Virus record (IMG/VR): IMGVR_UViG_3300025087_000034
Direction: 5' to 3' (one strand)
DNA from: a virus
Lineage: Duplodnaviria > Caudoviricetes
Length of the DNA stretch: 64,000 bases
Both the position numbers and the translations under genes were made by a program. The notes under the pieces were generated by a model. That model saw only the letters and a list, made by a program, of their open reading frames with translations, searched no databases and was not told the DNA's origin. Below are positions 28,946 through 38,260 of the stretch, piece by piece (within the stretch, counting starts at the first letter, position 1; the number at the start of each line of letters is the position of its first letter).

Positions 28946-29866
28946 ATGGCCATTTATCTTACAACAATATATGTAGAAGATATAGCTGGTGTTATACTTC
29001 TTTTTGATAGTGTGCGTATATATAGAAGTACATCTGGTAGTGATATAGATAGGGTGTTATACGATTCCTTTTCTCTAGTTGCAGGGCAGGTAGCCTATGA
29101 GTGGACAGACAACAATGGGGCGAGTAGTTACGTTATTTGGTCTACCTATTTTAACTCGGGTACACTAGCTGAAAGTTCCTATTCTGCACCTATTTTATAT
29201 GGCGAAGATACAGATAGGTATGTTCCTGGGTTTAATTTTATAAGTACTACATATCCTGTAGAGTATTCTTTGACTTCCGATGACATTTATGCTGTGGATA
29301 AGATACGATTTTTTGTGGGTGACCAAAAGACAGTAAAAAGAGACTATGTAAGTTCCAATTGTTCTGATGGATATGTAAATGTCTCTGATGACGGGTATTC
29401 TTATCAGTTAACAGAAAGAGGGTGGCCTCTAAAAGTAATAAAAGACGGCATAGAATATATCTCTAGGACTAACCCTATAGTAAATGACTATTCCTTTCTT
29501 ACTTTTAGTGGTATACAAATTTCTACTGTATCTGGTATTCTGGATGTTTGGTACGAGGGTTTTAGACATTCAGACAGGGAGTTATTTAAAATCTACAATT
29601 CTGCTTCGGCTCCGCCGAGGGTGACTTTAGTTGACTTTACTGATGAGATGAGAATTATTGTCTCCTCTGTAGGGATTTTGAAGTCTGAGGTGTCACGGCT
29701 TATGGGCGAGTCAACTGGAAGTTTTAATTTACAGGGAGAGCTCTCATATAATCCCGAACCACTTATTAGGCAAAAACGTGAACATATCAAGGACTTAGAA
29801 CAACAGTTAGCCGAGATGGTTAGCGACACAAATCAATTTTTATTAACCGGAGTGAGATTAGACTAA
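28946..29866 (+). CDS. Putative head-tail adaptor (connector)
   Basis: VDKIRFFVGD motif like phage adaptors; first of four genes before the major tail protein. Confidence 0.5.
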   Translation: MAIYLTTIYVEDIAGVILLFDSVRIYRSTSGSDIDRVLYDSFSLVAGQVAYEWTDNNGASSYVIWSTYFNSGTLAESSYSAPILYGEDTDRYVPGFNFISTTYPVEYSLTSDDIYAVDKIRFFVGDQKTVKRDYVSSNCSDGYVNVSDDGYSYQLTERGWPLKVIKDGIEYISRTNPIVNDYSFLTFSGIQISTVSGILDVWYEGFRHSDRELFKIYNSASAPPRVTLVDFTDEMRIIVSSVGILKSEVSRLMGESTGSFNLQGELSYNPEPLIRQKREHIKDLEQQLAEMVSDTNQFLLTGVRLD

Positions 29867-29869
29867 AAT

Positions 29870-30412
29870 ATGATTCCGCGCGGATTAAAAAAAGAAATTA
29901 AAAATCGTTATCATGATGTTATACAAGGTGCAGGAAGAATAGTATACATATATTCTACACCTGATACAACTGACTGCCCAAATTGTTTAAATGATATTAG
30001 CACAGGTATGTCAATAAAAAGATATGATAGTACTTTTACTGTTCCTACAACTATATATGGTCAGGTTATAAATCCTATTTCATTTATTCGTGGTAGGTGC
30101 CCTGTTTGTAAGGACGCAGGAGTAATAAGTCAAGACGTAAGAAAGGGTATTCGTGCTGTAGTAAGGTGGAACCCCGTTGGTGACGAGGGGAGTATAATTC
30201 AACTACCTGTGGGAAGAGAGGGTTCAAATTTAGTATCTTTAAAAACAAGTAAGGATTATTATGATACTATACGTGAGTGTATTTACGCTAGTATAGATGG
30301 GATAAAGTGTGAGCTGGTTAAACCTCCGGTTTATAGGTATCTTCAATATACAGATGCTCTTGTTATAGCATATTTTATATCGGTTGATGAAGGAAAAAGT
30401 ACGAGGGATTAA
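29870..30412 (+). CDS. Putative head closure/neck protein with CxxC-CxxC zinc site
   Basis: CPNC and CPVC pairs; position in the neck module. Confidence 0.45.
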   Translation: MIPRGLKKEIKNRYHDVIQGAGRIVYIYSTPDTTDCPNCLNDISTGMSIKRYDSTFTVPTTIYGQVINPISFIRGRCPVCKDAGVISQDVRKGIRAVVRWNPVGDEGSIIQLPVGREGSNLVSLKTSKDYYDTIRECIYASIDGIKCELVKPPVYRYLQYTDALVIAYFISVDEGKSTRD

Positions 30413-30415
30413 GAG

Positions 30416-31102
30416 TTGCCTAATAAAGCTAGTAGTGTACAGGATGCTGTTGATACGTTAAGTGAGCAATTAGTAGACAAGTTCTCAATAGAGTTGTTGA
30501 AGATATTGAAGGCTAGATTCGCTTCTCATTTTCTTATTATTTTTTCAGAGTTGTATAATAGTCGTTTTGGGGAATTGGCTTCTAGAATGGATTCTCAAAT
30601 GGACCCAACCTCACCGTCTATTATAAAGGATGAGGTTTTTTCTTATGTAATGTCACAAGTTAAGTCGGCCATAGATGAGGCAAGTATCTCTAACGGGCAG
30701 TTAAGTATGGGGTTTTTATCTTATGAGGATTTTGGTTATCCTACTGGTCCTGGTAAAAAAGAAACAGACCATCTAAAGTTGTTTTATTTTTATATGGAGG
30801 GAGTGCCGGAATCATATGCTTTTATATCTAGGGATTTCTTTTCAAAATATATAGCACCAGAAAATGAAAAGGACCTTGGTAGATTTGGGGAAGGCTACCT
30901 AATGTCGGAAAAGGTGTATAATAAGATAGCTGACGCTAGAAAGGGCGCTACAACACTCCCACAGTTGCCTGCCTTTGAAAGTGTAAAGAGCCCTGCTTCG
31001 GGGTGGCCCCCGACCAGGATTTTTGAAGACATGGGTGAAGCTGTAGAGATAATGGTTGAACAGTATATAAAAGAGGCCGGACAAATAGCCTTTGGAGATT
31101 AG
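30416..31102 (+). CDS. Hypothetical neck-module protein
   Basis: 228-aa ORF in the head-tail joining region. Confidence 0.45.
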   Translation: MPNKASSVQDAVDTLSEQLVDKFSIELLKILKARFASHFLIIFSELYNSRFGELASRMDSQMDPTSPSIIKDEVFSYVMSQVKSAIDEASISNGQLSMGFLSYEDFGYPTGPGKKETDHLKLFYFYMEGVPESYAFISRDFFSKYIAPENEKDLGRFGEGYLMSEKVYNKIADARKGATTLPQLPAFESVKSPASGWPPTRIFEDMGEAVEIMVEQYIKEAGQIAFGD

Positions 31103-31104
31103 TC

Positions 31105-31866
31105 ATGGGTGTAACTTCATTAAGATTGGAAAAAGTAGCTCTTTTTAACTTCATAAAGAATGAAGTTTTACCTATAAATTTTTCTGAAAAAGTTTATAAC
31201 GATAGTTTGGTTTATGATAATACTATTGGTGGGTACGTTCCTGCTTCTGTTGTTGAACCCCCTGCTATGTCAACTGGCAGGGGGTGGGTATTTTTTGATG
31301 AAGTTGCCACAAGTTCCCCTGTCGTTATTGATTCAACACAAGAACAGTCATCTCGTATTATTGTTGTTGGTCCTTCTTCCTATACTGTAGATTATTTTCG
31401 CGGCGCTATAAAAAATCCAAATATAGCCCCCACGGATATAACATATACATATAATTATGTATCCGTACTAGATAGTTGGCCAGGTACCGATGTACCACCT
31501 CTTCCCGTAGTGTCTATAGATATAAATAAAACACAAAAAAAAGGATTTCAGCTCGGCGGGGGAAAAAAGAATATTCGAGAAGTATATATAGAAATATTTG
31601 CTTCTTCAAATCCAGAAAGAGATGACATAACAGAAACAATACACGATAGCCTATTCGATAAAAATATAGCTGTAAAAGATTTTTCATATGGTTATTATTT
31701 GAAATCCGATGGTACATATAATACAGGATTTGTTCCCACAACAAATGGGTATATGTATATACTTGACATAAATGTAAGAAATATAAACCTTAAGACAGAC
31801 TGGTCTGTAGTAAACAGACATAGGAGTGTAATAACCTGTCAATACGAAACAATTGTTGAAGCTTAA
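31105..31866 (+). CDS. Putative tail terminator/completion protein
   Basis: Immediately precedes the major tail gene; IEIFASSNPERDDITETIHDSL resembles tail-terminator signatures. Confidence 0.5.
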   Translation: MGVTSLRLEKVALFNFIKNEVLPINFSEKVYNDSLVYDNTIGGYVPASVVEPPAMSTGRGWVFFDEVATSSPVVIDSTQEQSSRIIVVGPSSYTVDYFRGAIKNPNIAPTDITYTYNYVSVLDSWPGTDVPPLPVVSIDINKTQKKGFQLGGGKKNIREVYIEIFASSNPERDDITETIHDSLFDKNIAVKDFSYGYYLKSDGTYNTGFVPTTNGYMYILDINVRNINLKTDWSVVNRHRSVITCQYETIVEA

Positions 31867-31886
31867 ATTTTTTATCTAGTTTTTAG

Positions 31887-31960
31887 TTTACTTTTTTGTA
31901 TATTTGTATTATATATAAATTAACAGGACAGGTGTATCCAGTCCTGGTTTTTGTGTTTGT
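31887..31960 (+). promoter_or_regulatory. Putative promoter (TTTACT-17-TATATA) followed by a CAGGAC/GTCCTG hairpin and T-tract
   Basis: -35 at 31887-31892, -10 at 31910-31915; stem 31924-31929/31941-31946, then GTTTTTGTGTTTGT. Confidence 0.4.
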
Positions 31961-32127
31961 TTTAGATTGAAAAATTAAATATTCCCTATAGGAAGAATAA
32001 ATGTGGTTCTCCGCACATGGTTTCTTCTGTCTACTAAGAAATAAGAATGGAGAAGGAAAAACATAGACATTATACCCCTTTTGTCATGTTTAATGAACTA
32101 AGTAAATAGATTGGAGGTATCTCTAAA

Positions 32128-33735
32128 ATGGCGAGAAATAGAATAATTTATGCCTCCCAAAGTGTGCATGTCGACGGGGACGTGTTACACCGAGTTCAGA
32201 CACTGGGCTCTAGTACTACTTTTACCAGTGAAGACGTATTCGAACTCGGGTTATTGGACATCATCGACGTTGTAGATGATGTGCCCACGGTTGCGGTAAC
32301 TGTCGATACGAACGACTTTGGAAGCATAACTTCAATGGCTACTATTGGCAACGTAGATAAATCAGGATTTAATGCTACGGCTACTAATAGTAATGCTAAC
32401 TTAACAGTTGTTAGTGGAACAACTGAAACTGAGTTTTATCATGGGGTTGCCATTGCAAACTTTGGTGCAACCAACTTCTTTGATTTGTGGGCTCCGGTTC
32501 AGGCCGAGGCTGATTTAGGGACTGCGTCTAATAATGTAGACCAGACCCTTTATATGCCGGACTGTTTCGTTAACAGTATTGAAATGAGCTATTCGGCTGG
32601 CGCAACGTCTACTGAGAATTATGGGGCAGAGACGGACACCAAGATGTGGCTTTTGAATAGTGGTAAGTATGTATCTCAGGAAGAGTGGGACGAGGGTGGG
32701 GCCCTAGCTGCTACGGTTACGCTAGGTCTGAAGCCTACGACTTCCGGCGTGGCTACTATGTCCGATAGTACCAGAGGGTTCTTGTACACCTCTGACGCTG
32801 GTGAGCGAGCCATTCGTTATTATGATTCCAGCGCTGCTGAATGGACCAACTACGCAATAGATACCAATGCTGCTACTGCGACTAAGGCTTACTATAATGC
32901 TACAACCAATGAGGTAACCCTACCTACTGGTATATCCATTGATACTGGAGACAAGTTGAAGATTCGCTATGCGGCTAACTTCTACGCTGTTTCTGGTGAT
33001 GGTGATGCCGATAGAACCAAGTCCGGCTACTTTACGGCCCTTGCTGCTGGTGATACTGTAGAGCCTGAAGATGTTGGTGCTCTCAGGCAGGGCCAGGTTG
33101 AGATCTATCTTGTAGACCCAGATGTAGCCGGTACGGACTCGGCGTACGAGCTGGCTCTTAGAGTTTCTTCTTGTACTATTACCGTGAACATGACTCGTGA
33201 GGCTCTTAACGAGTTGGGTCACTTAAAGCCATACGAGCGCAGTTTGACTTTCCCTGTTGAAATTACTACAGCTATTGAGACTACAGCAGGTGACTTGGAG
33301 TTGTTTGCCAAGATGGCCGGAAAGGAAGCCTCTTACGATGCAGATACGCTTGTAGATTTGACCATTAACGATTTACAGAAGAAGGATAACCTTGTTCTCG
33401 TTGTAATGGTATACCAACAGACGGATTCTACCGCAGGCGGTTCTGGTTCTAATAGAAAGGTTCTAGATAGTGCTATGGTTGGTACTGAGTACTTTGTACG
33501 TGGTAATAGGGCTGTGTATGCGGCTATTAACCCAGCATCTCCTGAGCGTGAGTATCCGTTAAAAACCGTAATAGTCCCGGGTCTTAAAGCAACGGATGAA
33601 AACTACAACCTTGCGGTGGGCTCAAATGCTTCATATAGCATGAGCTTTAGATCGGTCAATAAATTGTTTGCCATTAAGGGTTATGTGGATATGGCTGATG
33701 TTGTGTGTACTCCTGGTTTGCAGCTTAATGCTTAA
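32128..33735 (+). CDS. Major tail (tube) protein
   Basis: 535 aa, acidic and A/T/G/D-rich; SD GGAGG; located between neck genes and chaperones/tape measure; followed by a hairpin like the capsid gene. Confidence 0.7.
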   Translation: MARNRIIYASQSVHVDGDVLHRVQTLGSSTTFTSEDVFELGLLDIIDVVDDVPTVAVTVDTNDFGSITSMATIGNVDKSGFNATATNSNANLTVVSGTTETEFYHGVAIANFGATNFFDLWAPVQAEADLGTASNNVDQTLYMPDCFVNSIEMSYSAGATSTENYGAETDTKMWLLNSGKYVSQEEWDEGGALAATVTLGLKPTTSGVATMSDSTRGFLYTSDAGERAIRYYDSSAAEWTNYAIDTNAATATKAYYNATTNEVTLPTGISIDTGDKLKIRYAANFYAVSGDGDADRTKSGYFTALAAGDTVEPEDVGALRQGQVEIYLVDPDVAGTDSAYELALRVSSCTITVNMTREALNELGHLKPYERSLTFPVEITTAIETTAGDLELFAKMAGKEASYDADTLVDLTINDLQKKDNLVLVVMVYQQTDSTAGGSGSNRKVLDSAMVGTEYFVRGNRAVYAAINPASPEREYPLKTVIVPGLKATDENYNLAVGSNASYSMSFRSVNKLFAIKGYVDMADVVCTPGLQLNA

Positions 33736-33750
33736 TTTTTAATTTTTTCC

Positions 33751-33772
33751 TACTCCCTGTTTACAGGGAGTA
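33751..33772 (+). terminator. Hairpin after major tail gene
   Basis: TACTCCCTGT-TT-ACAGGGAGTA, flanked by TTTCC upstream and CAAGTT downstream, the same flanks as the post-capsid hairpin. Confidence 0.6.
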
Positions 33773-33827
33773 CAAGTTAGTATTATATATATAGTTAGTG
33801 CCCTGTTGGTTACTAAGGAGGTCTTAT

Positions 33828-35063
33828 ATGTGTCGAGTAATATCTTCAGGTCATAATCTTGCCACATGTTTTCCCGATGTTCTCCGTTTGTGGGATTATG
33901 ACACTAATGAGGATGGTCCTGAGTTTTATATGCCAAAAACAGGGAGAAAGGCTTGGTGGTTACATTATACGGACGGCGGGGTTTTGCACAGGTGGAGAGC
34001 CAGAGTTTGTGATGTAGTTAAGAGAAACTGCCTTCAAGAAAAAAGTACTCTTGGGTGTCCATATTGTGTAGGTAAGTCTGTTGGTTTTGGTAATGATCTT
34101 GTTACAACGCACCCGTATTTAGCGGAACAGTTGTCTGTATGTCGTAATGGGTTTGGTTCGGAATCTTGCACACAAGGCTCTCATAAAAAGGTTTGGTGGT
34201 GGCATAGGACCGGGGGTGGGGTTTTGCATGAGTGGAGGGCTTCTATTTATAGCAGGGCTCTAGACGACAAGGGGTGCCCTTATTGTAAAAATCAGCTTGT
34301 TGGTTATGGAAATGATTTAAAATCTTTACGCCCAGATATTGCTAAAGACTGGGATTTTGATAGGAATGATAGGGGGCCAGAGAGTTATGTACCCAAGTCG
34401 GGTAAGGCTGTTTGGTGGGTGCATACGACAGACGAGGGGGAAATACATAGGTGGAAGGCCATAATAAAAAATAGGGTCAGCAATAAAAGTAGGTGCCCCT
34501 ACTGTTCTGGTAGAGAGCCAACTTTTGTCCACAATTTAGTTGTTTTGTATCCAGTTTTGGTATATAATGAGTGGGATTTTGAAAGGAATAAGAAAGGACC
34601 AGAGCAGTATACCCCAAAGTCAGGTAAAAAAGTCTGGTGGAAGCATTTTTGTGAGAAAACAGGGGAGCAGCATAGGTGGAAAGCAATTGTTTGTAGTAGG
34701 ACCTTGAACAGCACGGGGTGCCCTTACTGTAAGAACGGTCCTATATCTAAGGCCTCTGGTTGTTGGTTGGATACGTTAGGTATTCAAAACATTCATGGGG
34801 TAACAAGGGAAGTTAGTTTAAATGTAGGTACTAAGTTTTTTAGGGTTGATGGTTTTAATCCTGAAACCAAAACTGTTTATGAGTTTCTTGGAAACTATTG
34901 GCACGGTAATCCGTCTATGTTTGGTTCAGATGAACTAAATAAAACAGTAGGCAAGACTTTTGGTCAACTTTACCAAGGGACCATGGAAAGAATTAATTGT
35001 CTAGAAGAAGCAGGGTACAAGGTATTTTATATTTGGGAGAAGGATTTTAATGAGAGATTTTAA
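33828..35063 (+). CDS. Repeat-array endonuclease (4 DUF4379-like repeats + DUF559/Vsr-like nuclease)
   Basis: Same architecture as 926-2212; SD AAGGAGG favours ATG 33828. Confidence 0.75.
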   Translation: MCRVISSGHNLATCFPDVLRLWDYDTNEDGPEFYMPKTGRKAWWLHYTDGGVLHRWRARVCDVVKRNCLQEKSTLGCPYCVGKSVGFGNDLVTTHPYLAEQLSVCRNGFGSESCTQGSHKKVWWWHRTGGGVLHEWRASIYSRALDDKGCPYCKNQLVGYGNDLKSLRPDIAKDWDFDRNDRGPESYVPKSGKAVWWVHTTDEGEIHRWKAIIKNRVSNKSRCPYCSGREPTFVHNLVVLYPVLVYNEWDFERNKKGPEQYTPKSGKKVWWKHFCEKTGEQHRWKAIVCSRTLNSTGCPYCKNGPISKASGCWLDTLGIQNIHGVTREVSLNVGTKFFRVDGFNPETKTVYEFLGNYWHGNPSMFGSDELNKTVGKTFGQLYQGTMERINCLEEAGYKVFYIWEKDFNERF

Positions 35064-37093
35064 TGTCGGTGCAGTTTATGCCAAAAATTAAATATCCTTA
35101 TTCGTTTGTAAAGGATTTTATAGAAAGTTTTGGGTACAAGCTATATACTGATGAGGAAAGTTACGAGAATGTAACTACCCCGCTGCTAGTAGCGTGCAAG
35201 AAGGGGCATGTACATACCACTAGTTTTAACCATATTTATGGAGGCGGGGCGAAATGTCGTGAGTGTAATAAAATAGGAATAGCTAGAGTTATAGAGGAGT
35301 TTTCTAAGGTTGGCTATACTGTTTTATCTGAAAATTATAAGAATCAGTATACCAGAATAAAGTACTCTTGTGATAAGGGGCATGTTAATTTTACTACTTG
35401 GAATAGTTTTCAGAGTATGCGCAGGTGCCCCGAGTGCGAAAAAGAGCCTTACGACAATATTGTTAAGGCATTCAAGGATAGGGGATATGAGGTATTATCT
35501 TCTTTAGAAGAGTACGATTTAGTTGGTAGCCATTTCAAGTTTCGTTTTATATGCCCAAACGGGCATAGATCGTTTATGACCTATAGTAATTTTAAGAAGC
35601 CCACAGAGTGCGGTTTATGTTCTAAGACTAGAAAGAAGACGTATGAAGAAGTGGAAAAGAGGTTTAGGGCAGCGGGGTTTTTATTGGATGAGGGAGACTA
35701 TGTAAACCAGGACACTGATATGTCTTGTTTTTGTACTAACGGTCACCAAAATAGTACTTCGTTGTATAGGCTTCCTGGTTATTCGTGTAAAGAATGTGAC
35801 AGGGAGGTTTTTTTAAGGGAGCAGGATAGACTTCTTATTTTGGGTTTGATTTTAAGTGAGGAGAGAGATATACATAGCCAGCTTAAGGTTGAGTGTTTTG
35901 TTTGTGGTAGTATATATTGGCGGTATTTTCCAGAGGTTACTAGGTTGAGGGCTTGTTCTTGTTGTGAACAAGAGGCAGAATCTTATAAAAACCTTGTGGA
36001 GCTTTTGCCAATAGGGTTTAAAATGAGGACGGGTATGTGGGTTGGGTCTGATAACACCTACGTAGTTGAGTGTGGTAGGGGCCATGTGGCCAGGCAGGCT
36101 TATCCTAATATAATCGGAAAGAGGGTTGGGTGTGCTGAGTGCTATGGTAATAAGCTTGTGGGAATAGATCGTGTTCGTGACTATATGGGTACTTTTGATT
36201 ATACGCTGCGTTCAGATACCTACGTAAATGCACAGGGAAAATTAGAATATGCATGTCCAAAAGGGCATATAAGACAGATGAGTTGGGATAATTTTTTTCA
36301 TGGAAAAAGGTGCCCAGAATGTAATCCTTCGGGTGTTTCTAGAGCAGAAAAGGAAGTTTGTTCTTATGTTATTTCCCTAATTGGTGAAGAAAATGTAATC
36401 CCAAATGATAGGGAACAAATAAAGCCGTACGAGTTAGATATTTTTGTACCGTCGAAAAATTTTGCCATTGAATATTGTGGACTATATTGGCACTCAGAAT
36501 TTTCCGGCGGGAAAGATAAATTCTACCATAAAATGAAATATGATATGTGTAAGGAGAAGGGAATTAAACTTTTCACACTATTTGAAGATGAATATATTAA
36601 TAAAAAAGATATAGTATTAAATATAATATCACAAGAACTAGTAGGGAGTAATATAGATTTTTCAAAATGTCAAGTAAAAGAAGTAGATGTTGAGGCGGCA
36701 AATAATTTTCATAATAAGTATAATCTTGATGGTGGTTGTGATATAAAATATTCTTTTGGTATGTATTTTAATGGTAATTTAATTAGTTGTATTTCTTTTG
36801 ATAGATATCTTTTTTTGGTGAGGTGTAGTAATATAAATGGTTGTTTTGACAGGCTTTTTTTGGCCGCCGAAAAAATTTTCGGGCGGAAGATAAAAATCAA
36901 AACCAACCTAAGATATGATCAACAAGAAGACACCTACATAAAATTAGGATTTAAAAAAGATAGGTATATAGATCCAACCCCGTTTAATCTAGACGGGGAG
37001 AAAAGATACATTAGTACAGACCTAGACCTTAAAGAAGAAGAATCAGACAGGGTCTGGGACTGTGGTTTCCAGTTGTATATTAATAATGCTTAA
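35063..37093 (+). CDS. Repeat-array endonuclease: ~7 CxxGH/CxxC repeats + Hef-like nuclease with divergent C-terminal domain
   Basis: ELDIFVPSKNFAIEYCGLYWHSE nuclease; paralogue of 10795-12459; TAATG-coupled to the upstream nuclease gene. Confidence 0.7.
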   Translation: MSVQFMPKIKYPYSFVKDFIESFGYKLYTDEESYENVTTPLLVACKKGHVHTTSFNHIYGGGAKCRECNKIGIARVIEEFSKVGYTVLSENYKNQYTRIKYSCDKGHVNFTTWNSFQSMRRCPECEKEPYDNIVKAFKDRGYEVLSSLEEYDLVGSHFKFRFICPNGHRSFMTYSNFKKPTECGLCSKTRKKTYEEVEKRFRAAGFLLDEGDYVNQDTDMSCFCTNGHQNSTSLYRLPGYSCKECDREVFLREQDRLLILGLILSEERDIHSQLKVECFVCGSIYWRYFPEVTRLRACSCCEQEAESYKNLVELLPIGFKMRTGMWVGSDNTYVVECGRGHVARQAYPNIIGKRVGCAECYGNKLVGIDRVRDYMGTFDYTLRSDTYVNAQGKLEYACPKGHIRQMSWDNFFHGKRCPECNPSGVSRAEKEVCSYVISLIGEENVIPNDREQIKPYELDIFVPSKNFAIEYCGLYWHSEFSGGKDKFYHKMKYDMCKEKGIKLFTLFEDEYINKKDIVLNIISQELVGSNIDFSKCQVKEVDVEAANNFHNKYNLDGGCDIKYSFGMYFNGNLISCISFDRYLFLVRCSNINGCFDRLFLAAEKIFGRKIKIKTNLRYDQQEDTYIKLGFKKDRYIDPTPFNLDGEKRYISTDLDLKEEESDRVWDCGFQLYINNA

Positions 37094-37103
37094 AGGAGAC
37101 TTC

Positions 37104-37424
37104 ATGGAAAAGGAACCAAAAGTAAAAAAAGATTTACTTGTTAAGGACGACAAGACCAAAAAGTGGTCTGCAGAAAAATTACAAGAGGTTTTACGTGGAG
37201 ACATTACCAAGTTATTTGAGAATGTTCTAGATTTAGCCGAGTTAGCTATTGGTGATAAACAGCGTTACGAGATTTTTAGGTCCAAGGTTCTGCGACTTGG
37301 TAATAATACAATACGTAAACTTTCTGCAGAAATAGACCAGAATTATGAAGTTAATTACACTAAAGTTGGTGTTGATATTTTGAAAATAAGACAACCAACA
37401 CCAACAACAAAAAAGGAAGGGTAA
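37104..37424 (+). CDS. Hypothetical protein (tail module)
   Basis: SD AAGGAG favours ATG 37104; 106 aa. Confidence 0.6.
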   Translation: MEKEPKVKKDLLVKDDKTKKWSAEKLQEVLRGDITKLFENVLDLAELAIGDKQRYEIFRSKVLRLGNNTIRKLSAEIDQNYEVNYTKVGVDILKIRQPTPTTKKEG

Positions 37425-37427
37425 ATC

Positions 37428-38234
37428 ATGGACCAGGAAAAATTGGATTCTTTATTGGATGATGGAAAAAGAAAGTTTGAAATTGAATTTGGTAAGGATG
37501 ATGTACGAACATTCTTTTTAGTCCAGCCCACGGCGGCGGATGTGCGAGACGCGGAGTGGGAATCAATAAAAAGTTATAATAAGGCCTTAAAAGCAGGCCT
37601 TTTCACGAAGTCAGAGATGATGGATCTCTTAAAAAAACGTAATATTATAGGCCCTGATTATGACCAGCAAGGTAATAGTTTGCAGGAAAAGTTGCAAGAG
37701 AAGGTCATAGCTATGGAAAGAGCCACCGATAGGTCAGAGAGAATTGGTTTAGTGGTTGAGGTTAACTCGGCCCGCACAGCAGTTGTAGAATGGAACCAAA
37801 GGCTTACAGTTCCTATGGCAAATACATGTGAAGAGTATGCACAAACAGAAAAGGTAGAATTCCTGGCTTGTGTGCTTACTGTGGATAGCAATGGAAAGAG
37901 GGTATGGGAATCGTTGGAGCAGTTTAAGCGTGAGCGTAATATAGTACTTCAAACGAGGGCGCGCTTAGAAATTTTACTTTGGATAGAAGGGCTGGGCTCT
38001 GATGTTTTTGATGCCCTACCTGAGCGAGCAGTCTTTTCTAAGGTAATGACCGAGATATCTGATGAGGAAGAAGCTAGGAAGGAAGAAGAGGCAGCTGCTG
38101 CAAATAAGGCGGTGGTTGATGGAGAGGCGTCTCTTTCTGAGGTTGTGGACCTTGTAGTGGAGGAAGCTTTACCTGTAGAGGTTGTTGTGGAGGAGAAGGT
38201 AAAATTAAAGAGGGGAAGGCGTAAGGCTTCTTAA
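37428..38234 (+). CDS. Putative tail assembly chaperone (paralogue 1)
   Basis: Helical; position between major tail and tape measure genes; similar to 39036-40079. Confidence 0.5.
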   Translation: MDQEKLDSLLDDGKRKFEIEFGKDDVRTFFLVQPTAADVRDAEWESIKSYNKALKAGLFTKSEMMDLLKKRNIIGPDYDQQGNSLQEKLQEKVIAMERATDRSERIGLVVEVNSARTAVVEWNQRLTVPMANTCEEYAQTEKVEFLACVLTVDSNGKRVWESLEQFKRERNIVLQTRARLEILLWIEGLGSDVFDALPERAVFSKVMTEISDEEEARKEEEAAAANKAVVDGEASLSEVVDLVVEEALPVEVVVEEKVKLKRGRRKAS

Positions 38235-38260
38235 GGTTAGTTAGTTTTTAGGGGTATATT

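Noticed and set aside
17685-31992. CCTATAGG palindrome in two intergenic gaps (17686-17693 and 31985-31992)
   Set aside because: Only two copies of an 8-mer; not distinguishable from chance without a genome-wide count.
38190-38260. Programmed -1 frameshift at the end of the first chaperone gene
   Set aside because: No XXXYYYZ slippery heptamer recognised near the stop, and an intact GIY-YIG gene follows.
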